From positions 1-10,343 of the forward strand of contig JAHLWH010000023.1 in the NCBI GenBank assembly GCA_019058015.1: DNA of 10,343 nucleotides, given 5' to 3'. Position 1 is the first letter of the stretch; every line of letters begins with the position of its first letter. This DNA comes from Promethearchaeota archaeon (GTDB lineage Archaea; Asgardarchaeota; Lokiarchaeia; Sigyniarchaeales; SOKP01). Both the position numbers and the translations under genes were made by a program. The notes beneath the pieces were generated by a model that was given only the letters and a program-made list of their open reading frames with translations, did no database searches and was not told the DNA's origin. Below are positions 1 through 7,213 of the stretch, one piece after another.

Positions 1-1
1 A

Positions 2-559
2 ATCTTATATTCTCCGTTAAATACAACCTACTCTACTGGTACAATTCTCATAAATGTGTCGAGCGCTGCTCTTGATGTTGATAGTTATTGGTATTTGATT
101 TATGGTTTGTTAAATGGTGGCTTGATGGTTGATCCAAACGGGGTAATAATTGAAGATGGGTTGGCTACACTTAATTTAGAAGATGGATATTATTTAATCA
201 CAATTTTTGCCAATGATACTGAAGGAAATATTAATGAAGTATCTGTTCATTTCACAGTTGCAATTGATGAAATGATTATTACACCTCCCTTATTTTGGAT
301 GTTGGTTGTTATTGGTTCTACAATTGGAGCTGGTGCTTTGGTTTCGGTGGTGATTATTAAAAGGAGAAAATCCAAGGCTCAAAAGTATCACCATGATAAA
401 ATATTTAAAAAACAAAAAGGTGGCATCTTGATATTTCAAGATAAATTAGAGAAATTAGAGAAAGATTTAGAAGAAAAATTAACTGGTCTTGAAGCACCGC
501 CCACCCCACCACACAAAAGGGACTTAAATAAGAAAAACCTTTCAGAAACAGATATATAA
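2..559 (+). CDS. C-terminal part of a single-pass cell-surface protein: Ig-like domain, TM helix and cytoplasmic tail (5' truncated by window)
   Basis: The frame is open from base 2 (ILYSPLNTTYSTGTILINVSS...), so the GTG at 56 is probably internal. The pattern SPxNxTY...WY...DGxYxITIFANDTxGN...FTV resembles archaeal Ig-like beta-sandwich repeats, with sequons NTT, NVS and NDT. Hydrophobic helix LFWMLVVIGSTIGAGALVSVVII is followed by KRRKSK. Confidence 0.75.
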   Translation: MLYSPLNTTYSTGTILINVSSAALDVDSYWYLIYGLLNGGLMVDPNGVIIEDGLATLNLEDGYYLITIFANDTEGNINEVSVHFTVAIDEMIITPPLFWMLVVIGSTIGAGALVSVVIIKRRKSKAQKYHHDKIFKKQKGGILIFQDKLEKLEKDLEEKLTGLEAPPTPPHKRDLNKKNLSETDI

Positions 560-729
560 AAGAACTTAAGTCAGAGATTTCAGAAAAGTCAGTTAATCAA
601 GAAACAAAAAAAGATGAATTAGAGGAATAAATACAAAATTGAATATTTTTTTTAAACTCAAATCTTTAAAATAAAGATTTAAAAGATTATAATTTATTTT
701 TCATCAATATGTTGTTTTCAAAGAAAAGC

Positions 730-742
730 AAAAAGTATAAAA
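730..742 (+). promoter_or_regulatory. Putative archaeal BRE/TATA promoter of the DedA gene (probably leaderless)
   Basis: AAAAAG is followed by TATAAAA (736-742), 22-28 nt before the ATG at 764, and no Shine-Dalgarno is visible. The AT-rich background limits certainty. Confidence 0.4.
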
Positions 743-763
743 TAGTGAATATTAGCATAATAT

Positions 764-1456
764 ATGGAATGGAAGAAAGCAGATATCATTTTTTTGATAC
801 TTTTAGTTATTATTACTATTTTTTCTATTGATTTAATTCTCTTTCCAGAACATAGAGAATTGATTGAAAATATTTCAAGTAAGGAGCCCTTTCAGACTAT
901 AGAATCCGCTCTAATTATAACTTTTACGATTTGTGTGATAGGAAACCTCTTACCTGTTCCAACCCCGTATACATGGGTAGTATGTTATGGAAGTGCTCCT
1001 TTTATCGAGTTAAATATTTTCTTACCTATTTTGTTTGGAACTATCGCATCTCTTGGTTGTTTGGTGGGAGAAATGGGTGGCTATATTGTAGGACGAGGAA
1101 CCGCTGAATTTATCGATATAGAAAGCAAGGACACTCTAACAGGATTAAGGCGATATTTAGTAGAACATCCAAAAGTAGCACCACTTATGATATTTCTATT
1201 TGGCCTTACACCACTTAATGATGATATACTGATCGTTCCATTAGGCTTAATAAAATATTCCGCCAAAAAGACAATATTTTTCTGCTGGTTAGGTAAATTA
1301 GGATTGATGTTAATATTTGCATATGATCCTTTTAGTATATGTGGATATTTGGGAGGAGAAAATTGGATTCTTAGCATTTTAAGCTTGTATGGAATAATAA
1401 TTCTAGTATATCTTCTTATTAGGGTAAATTTTTTGAAGTTATTTAAGAAAAAATAA
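764..1456 (+). CDS. DedA/VTT-domain (SNARE_assoc) membrane protein
   Basis: Multi-TM 230-aa protein with re-entrant-like LLPVPTPY, GCLVGEMGGYIVGRG and FGLTPLNDDILIVPLGLIKY...FFCWLGKL, the motif layout of the DedA/VTT superfamily. Confidence 0.8.
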   Translation: MEWKKADIIFLILLVIITIFSIDLILFPEHRELIENISSKEPFQTIESALIITFTICVIGNLLPVPTPYTWVVCYGSAPFIELNIFLPILFGTIASLGCLVGEMGGYIVGRGTAEFIDIESKDTLTGLRRYLVEHPKVAPLMIFLFGLTPLNDDILIVPLGLIKYSAKKTIFFCWLGKLGLMLIFAYDPFSICGYLGGENWILSILSLYGIIILVYLLIRVNFLKLFKKK

Positions 1457-1891
1457 AGCTTTTAATTCGAGAAATCATACTTCAATAATTTTTTTCATTA
1501 CTTAATTTTCTAATTCAATTAATTTAAAATTAGTTGAATCAATAATCTTTCTAATATTTTTATTAAAATTAGTAGAAATTTTTAATAACAATGATCGCAT
1601 TTGATAAGAATCTTAATTTAGATTTTCCAAAGGAATAATGGACTTATATTTTGAATTACAAAAAAGATTATTCTTATTTCTTATTTGCATAAAATCGCTC
1701 ATTATTTTTATCGCTTTTAGATTTACCCTTGAATTTAAAAAACAATCCCAAATATATGGGAAATTTTTAAAATCAGTTTAATAATAATATGAAAAGAGTC
1801 ATAAGGTTTAAATATTAATTTATGAATTAATTTGTTATTTATTTAAATAGTTATTTATATAAAAATATAAAAAGATCAAGGTGGTAAAAAA

Positions 1892-2032
1892 ATGGAAGTA
1901 CCAATAATAGATAAACCTGTATTTTATCCAAACTTTATAGAAAATTATGGAAAAATTAAGTTTGCTGAGAACGATAATTTATGGGTAAATGATTTTTATG
2001 ATTCCTTTGTAAATTATTTTTTTAAAGAGTAA
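1892..2032 (+). CDS. Small hypothetical protein, 46 aa (not in ORF track)
   Basis: MEVPIIDKPVFYPNFIENYGKIKFAENDNLWVNDFYDSFVNYFFKE*. It has an SD-like AAGGTGGT at 1878-1885, TATA-like TTTAAATA (1842-1849) and TTTATATA (1854-1861), and T-tracts just after the stop. Confidence 0.6.
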   Translation: MEVPIIDKPVFYPNFIENYGKIKFAENDNLWVNDFYDSFVNYFFKE

Positions 2033-2049
2033 ATAAGTGAGTTAATAGC

Positions 2050-2078
2050 TTTTTTAATTTTTTTATAATTTTTTTCTT
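2050..2078 (+). terminator. Oligo-T terminator-like tract after the small ORF
   Basis: T6, T7 and T7 runs begin 18 nt after the stop at 2032. Confidence 0.45.
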
Positions 2079-2152
2079 CAGAAATTTTTATGAAATTGTT
2101 TTTAAGTAGATATATCTAATTAATAAATAATTCTGAGAAAATATCATTTTAA

Positions 2153-2677
2153 ATGATAACATCAATGAGTCTGAAATCCTTAGATGTGTCAATGACCGGC
2201 ATAACTGCTGCCTTATATATTGTTTTAGGGTATTTATTTCAGCCAATTTCATTTTTTGAAATACAATTTAGAATAGCTGAAGTTATAGTTGGGATGTGCA
2301 TTTTATTTCCGATACCAGGGCTAATTGGCAAAATTATTGGTGTGTTTTTTGTCAATATGACTTCTCCTTTTGTACCCCTTGATTTTATAAGTTGTATTGT
2401 GAATATTCCTGCTTTATATTGCATTATTTTATTTAAAAAACTTGGGAAAGATGGAAAGCTGATACGATATATTGGTGGAATATTTTATGCTTTATTTATT
2501 TCAGTTTATGTAGCATGGCTTATAGGATATTGGTATAGTCTACCTATTGAACTTTTTCCTCTGAATTTTTTGTATGTATTCATATCTGAAGTAATATTAG
2601 CAACGTTGGGCATTTATATTTTCTCGATTATTGAAAAAAGAGTATATTTTCAAGGAGATAGACCGTCTCAAGATTAA
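2153..2677 (+). CDS. queT: QueT-family transporter (putative 7-deazaguanine precursor ECF S-component)
   Basis: AALYIVLGYLFQPISFFEIQFRIAE...GVFFVNMTSPF..LD matches the QueT pattern AALYxxL...PISFGxIQFRxSE...GxxIANxxSPxGxxD. About 5-6 TM helices. The start could be 2153 or 2165. Confidence 0.75.
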   Translation: MITSMSLKSLDVSMTGITAALYIVLGYLFQPISFFEIQFRIAEVIVGMCILFPIPGLIGKIIGVFFVNMTSPFVPLDFISCIVNIPALYCIILFKKLGKDGKLIRYIGGIFYALFISVYVAWLIGYWYSLPIELFPLNFLYVFISEVILATLGIYIFSIIEKRVYFQGDRPSQD

Positions 2678-2680
2678 TAT

Positions 2681-3778
2681 TTAAATGAAGACCTCATTAA
2701 TAATATCTTCAATAGGCTTGAATACATTCAAATTGCCATCCCATGTTCTTAAAACGTTAAAATATATTTTTTCTATTTTTTGGACAAAATTTTTTAAAGT
2801 GATTCGAATTGATTCAAGATCTTCTTCACAAACTAGCACTCCAATAATATATTTTCCCGGCTGGAAGATCATGGTTTTTCCTTCTTTTTCAATAATAGAG
2901 AGATCCTTTTTTTCAGTGATTGATTCTAATATGATTTGAACACTTGATAAAGCCCCCGAAGCTACAATTTCATCAAAAGATTCCCTTTTTTCTCGAAAGT
3001 GTTTAGAATATAGACAGAGTCCAGATTGCATAATTATATAAATAGAATCAATTTTTTCTCTCCAAAAATATTCAGTTATTGATGATATAGAGAGAAAGTA
3101 TAGAGAAAGAAATATCAACCCGATTATTTGAAAGACAGCACCTATTAATCTCCCAACCAAACCAAATAGATTTAGTATTACATCCGTGGTTAATGCATAA
3201 CCAATATTGAGTAAAAAAAACCCACTATATAATTCAAATAAGTGCCATTTAAAGTTTTTCAAGACTTTTTTTATTTGCTTGCTAGTACTAACTTTTATCA
3301 TATAGTAGAAGAAAAATATAATATAGATTATCCAAGAGAAAAAAAATGAGAATGTTTTTGTAAATACTGATTCAATAAAAAAACAGATAACAAAGAGAAT
3401 CATGAATACTATAAAAATAAAGGTAAATAGAAATTTTTTAAAAAAGATTTGAAATTTTTCCATATTATAGATAAATAATAGTCCGAATATCATTTGTACA
3501 AAATAGGCAAAATTTAATAATATAAGCCGTATATGTGAATCTTCAACATAATAATCTGAAATAATATAAATCACACACATAAAAAAATAGCCAAAACAAA
3601 AACAGCTAAAAGCCATCTCTTGCAAATTTGATATTTCTTCTTTTTTATTTTTATATTTTGTCCAAAAAAGAATACCAAATTCAAGAGCAAAAAAAATTAC
3701 TATCACTTCCATAATCAATAAAGGTTCTTGTAATGGCCCTTGAATTGGAAAAAAATCTTGATCAAACATAATAAACAT
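2681..3778 (-). CDS. 7-TM membrane protein with C-terminal longin-like domain (copy B)
   Basis: Seven hydrophobic segments lie in aa ~20-230. The soluble ~127-aa tail from W239 follows longin order: IDSIYIIM / GLCLYSKHF / helix DEIVASGALSSVQIILESIT / three strands / helix LESIRITLKNFVQKIEKIY / helix FKPIEDIINEVF. Fold judged by eye. Confidence 0.7.
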   Translation of the reverse strand: MFIMFDQDFFPIQGPLQEPLLIMEVIVIFFALEFGILFWTKYKNKKEEISNLQEMAFSCFCFGYFFMCVIYIISDYYVEDSHIRLILLNFAYFVQMIFGLLFIYNMEKFQIFFKKFLFTFIFIVFMILFVICFFIESVFTKTFSFFFSWIIYIIFFFYYMIKVSTSKQIKKVLKNFKWHLFELYSGFFLLNIGYALTTDVILNLFGLVGRLIGAVFQIIGLIFLSLYFLSISSITEYFWREKIDSIYIIMQSGLCLYSKHFREKRESFDEIVASGALSSVQIILESITEKKDLSIIEKEGKTMIFQPGKYIIGVLVCEEDLESIRITLKNFVQKIEKIYFNVLRTWDGNLNVFKPIEDIINEVFI

Positions 3779-3790
3779 TAAAATAATGTT

Positions 3791-4942
3791 CTAATTCATT
3801 TTTAAAATATTTTTCATAATTGTATCAAAACTGGAAAATATCCTTTCTGTACTACTTCCATCTAAAAATTCTAAAATGGGGATTACATGTTTATACATCC
3901 ATTGAAATTGATTTTTAATGGTTGTTAAAAAATATTTACTGCTATCCATTTCTCCTTTAACCAATAAAATAAAAAAAATATTAGAAATGGGCTCTTCTCC
4001 ATATTCTAAAAGAATTGAAAATCCCCCTTGTTTAATTTTTTGAATTTTTTTATCTTTTGTTTCTGCAACAGCAGTAAAGATTTCAATAATTCCAATCATT
4101 CCATGTGATATTAATTTTATACTTTCATTAATATTTATGAGAGATTTTTTTGAATTATCAATATCTTCTGTGTATGTTATGAAATTATACGAATATAGTT
4201 TTTTAAGTGTTTTTCGATTTATAATAAAAAGGCTTATTAGGTTTTGTTTCCAAAAAAATTCAAGAAAAACTGGAAATCTTAATGCTCCCAATAATAAAAT
4301 TATTAATCCTAAACTTAGTGTGGTAATAAATGGTATAGCAATAATAGGGTTTTGTATTTGAGTTTCAAGATCACTTACTGGTAAAAATCCAATAATTATC
4401 GCTGAAATAATTATTAATGCTCCTAAAAATATAATCTTCAATCTTTTTTTTATATTACCACTCGATAATCTAATTAAGTTAAGTTGGAAAATTAGAAAAA
4501 ATAGAAAATCTATAGATAGGAAAATAATAGCAAAATGAAATTCAGTAGTTGCTGGTTTAAATATAAAAATTGAAATAAATGGAAAAATATTCATAAATAT
4601 CAATATTTTTGTTAATGTAGGGTTAATTATTTCTTTATACACTTTTGAGGAAATATGATATAGAATTAATACGCTTGCGATTAATACCAGTAAATAAACC
4701 ATCCTTGCAAAAATATCTTTGATAAAAATGTTAATAATATAAAAATCGTTAATTATATCAAATAAACACCCGGTTATTGACAAGCCAAAAAATATTCCAT
4801 AATATAGTAAAATCTTATTTAATTCTATTTTTCTTTCTCGATGTCTATAATAATAATAAAGAAAATAGAAGGACATTTGATATCCAATAATAAATGATAT
4901 AAAAATAAAGGACAAATAAAATGCTCTTAGTTCTATGGTCAT
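3791..4942 (-). CDS. 7-TM membrane protein with C-terminal longin-like domain (copy A)
   Basis: Seven hydrophobic segments lie in aa ~7-221. The junction EFFWKQNLISLFII parallels EYFWREKIDSIYII of copy B, and the tail has the same element order. Its stop is 12 nt upstream of the copy B start. Confidence 0.65.
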   Translation of the reverse strand: MTIELRAFYLSFIFISFIIGYQMSFYFLYYYYRHRERKIELNKILLYYGIFFGLSITGCLFDIINDFYIINIFIKDIFARMVYLLVLIASVLILYHISSKVYKEIINPTLTKILIFMNIFPFISIFIFKPATTEFHFAIIFLSIDFLFFLIFQLNLIRLSSGNIKKRLKIIFLGALIIISAIIIGFLPVSDLETQIQNPIIAIPFITTLSLGLIILLLGALRFPVFLEFFWKQNLISLFIINRKTLKKLYSYNFITYTEDIDNSKKSLININESIKLISHGMIGIIEIFTAVAETKDKKIQKIKQGGFSILLEYGEEPISNIFFILLVKGEMDSSKYFLTTIKNQFQWMYKHVIPILEFLDGSSTERIFSSFDTIMKNILKMN

Positions 4943-5298
4943 AAACTCTAATTACTCGATTTTTTAAAAAATTATACTAATTATTTTATTATAAAACTAA
5001 AATTTTTTTAAATCAAATTTGAAATGGGGGTGAATTCTAGATCTAATAAGATCTTGAAATTTTTTTTCTTAACCTGCTAATAGATATAAAACTACTATAG
5101 ATAAATAAAATTATTTGAAAAATAAATAATTATTTAATTAACAATGAACATTAACTTTTTTCTATGCATAGTATTTTATTATGAAATCCATTAAGTATAA
5201 CTTAATATTACAATTCGAATTTCATTAGGTATATATATTGTAGAAAATATATTAATAAATTATAATTTTTGACAAGAAAAAATTTAGTGTTGGTAAAA

Positions 5299-7032
5299 AT
5301 GAGTAATAATAATTCTTTTGTAAATTATGTCACTTCAGGTGGAATAATTCTTTTCTTTTTTACAGTATTAGTTGCATTATTTGCATGGATTACATATGGA
5401 ACAATAGAAGGAGTGTTGGGATCACTTGCATATATTATTGTAGGTATGTTGAATATTTTTCCATGGATAATACCTTTTGCGGGAATTCCATTGGGGATTT
5501 TAGATATTCTTGGGTTTTTTGGACAGGGGATGTATAGTTTAACATTAAATTTAGCGCATCTCAATCATAGTTGGATGCCTTTTTTATGGTATTGGGTTGT
5601 ATCTATTATTGCTAGTATAATCGATATAGTATTTATATTGCTCATAATTTCATGGCTAAGAGGATTAAAATATAGAAAAAAAGAGCCAAAAACAAATATT
5701 GCATTAATCAATTGTAATATTATTGATGGAAACCGCGATAGTGAAGTAATTAATGATGGAGTAATACTAATTAAAAATAGAGTAGAAGAAAACGAAACGC
5801 CAGGTTTAATTATTAGTGTTGGAAAAAAGGATGCAATTGAAATACCAGAGGATTATAAAAAAATAGATCTTAAAGATGCCTATGTGCTTCCTGGATTAAT
5901 TAATGCCCATTGTCATCTATCTGGTAGTGGAAAACCAATGAAAATAATGAATCTTAGTGATAATATATTGAGCATTTTAATGAAACTATTTAAAACACCT
6001 TTAGGAAAGATTTTTTTTATTAAAATGATGAGAAAAAATGTTTTAAACGCTTTAAATGCCGGTGTAACAACGCTTAGGTCATTAAGTGATCCTTTTTATT
6101 TAGATATAAAATTAAGAAAGAAAATTGAAAAGGGAAAATTTGTTGGGCCTAGATTAATTTGTGCTGGTCAAGGAATTTGTATTACCGGTGGTCATGGAGC
6201 TATAATGGGTTATGTTGCAGATTCAATACCTGAAATAAGGAAATGCATAAGAAAAAACCTTCGAAAAGAAGTTGATTGTATAAAAATTCTTTCTACCGGA
6301 GGGGTTATGGATGCTAGAAAAGTGGGAGAGGCTGGAAGACCTCAGATGACTGTCGAGGAAATTGAGACCGCTTGTTTTGAAGCTCACCGAGGAGATTTAT
6401 TAATCGCAACCCACTGTGAGAGTACAGAAGGAATTAAAGAAGCTCTCTTAGGCGGTGTCGATACGATTGAACATGGAGCTGAAATTACTGATGAACTCGT
6501 ACCATTATTTAAAAACAACCCAAAATCTCTACGAGGGTATACAGCGTTAATACCCACCGTCACAGCAGGTATGGGGATGGCCACACTCCCGATTAAAGTA
6601 ACAAAAATAACACAAGTGAAACATGAAAATGCGAAGCTGATAGAAAGAGGAATGATTAAAGGATTACAAAGAGCTTATAAGGAAGGTATAAAATTAGGCC
6701 TTGGAACGGATGCTTCAGTTCCTTATTCTACTCATTATGAGGTTTGGAAAGAATTAAAACATTATCTTAAATATACAGATATGACACCACAAGATGCGAT
6801 ATATTTTGCAACAAAAAGTAACGCAGAAATAATCGGGATCGACGAAATAACTGGTACTATAGAGACTGGAAAATCGGCAGATATTCAAATTGTTCCAGGA
6901 AATCCTCTTGAAAATATTGATTTTCTTGGAGAAGTTTCTAAAGTAATAATACAGGGGAATTTAATCAAAAATCCTAAAGTGAAAGAAATAAAGAAATTAA
7001 AGGAATTTGAACCGATAGAATTATCCAGTTAA
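5299..7032 (+). CDS. Metal-dependent amidohydrolase (prolidase/Xaa-Pro dipeptidase-like subgroup) with N-terminal multi-TM domain
   Basis: Motifs VLPGLINAHCH (HxH), AGVTTLR, ITGGHG, CIKILSTGGV (bridging Lys), ATHCES, TIEHG, LGTDA and GTIETGKSAD. The first ~120 aa are hydrophobic. ATG 5299 is preferred over TTG 5269. Confidence 0.88.
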   Translation: MSNNNSFVNYVTSGGIILFFFTVLVALFAWITYGTIEGVLGSLAYIIVGMLNIFPWIIPFAGIPLGILDILGFFGQGMYSLTLNLAHLNHSWMPFLWYWVVSIIASIIDIVFILLIISWLRGLKYRKKEPKTNIALINCNIIDGNRDSEVINDGVILIKNRVEENETPGLIISVGKKDAIEIPEDYKKIDLKDAYVLPGLINAHCHLSGSGKPMKIMNLSDNILSILMKLFKTPLGKIFFIKMMRKNVLNALNAGVTTLRSLSDPFYLDIKLRKKIEKGKFVGPRLICAGQGICITGGHGAIMGYVADSIPEIRKCIRKNLRKEVDCIKILSTGGVMDARKVGEAGRPQMTVEEIETACFEAHRGDLLIATHCESTEGIKEALLGGVDTIEHGAEITDELVPLFKNNPKSLRGYTALIPTVTAGMGMATLPIKVTKITQVKHENAKLIERGMIKGLQRAYKEGIKLGLGTDASVPYSTHYEVWKELKHYLKYTDMTPQDAIYFATKSNAEIIGIDEITGTIETGKSADIQIVPGNPLENIDFLGEVSKVIIQGNLIKNPKVKEIKKLKEFEPIELSS

Positions 7033-7034
7033 AA

Positions 7035-7100
7035 TTTCTTTTTTTCTTTTTTTTTTTTTATTTTATTTTTTACTCAAATTTAAATCAGTAAAAAAAAAAA
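7035..7100. terminator. Bidirectional oligo-T terminator region between convergent genes
   Basis: A T-rich tract at 7035-7071 (including T13) follows the amidohydrolase stop. A11 at 7090-7100 reads as T11 on the minus strand downstream of ubiX. Confidence 0.6.
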
Positions 7101-7211
7101 TAGAAATATTTTGACGCTTTTTACTTCATATTCTTCTGATTTTATCATCCAGAGAGAAAATGGTGCTAGTACCTGTAAAAGTGCTATTAATATAAACATT
7201 GCTCCATAAAT
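7080..7211 (-). pseudogene. Possible 3' remnant of a membrane-protein gene, or a 39-aa membrane peptide from ATG 7199
   Basis: The open frame IYGAMFILIALLQVLAPFSLWMIKSEEYEVKSVK... abuts the ubiX stop and reads like a last TM helix plus a charged tail. Confidence 0.3.
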
Positions 7212-7213
7212 AA

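Noticed and set aside
2033-2152. preQ1 riboswitch upstream of queT
   Set aside because: No stem with a GGUUC-type loop and A-rich pseudoknot tail is visible. The region is almost all A/T.
2681-4942. Calling the 7-TM proteins rhodopsins or true GPCRs
   Set aside because: There is no retinal-binding Lys in helix 7 and no DRY or NPxxY motif. Only the topology is shared.
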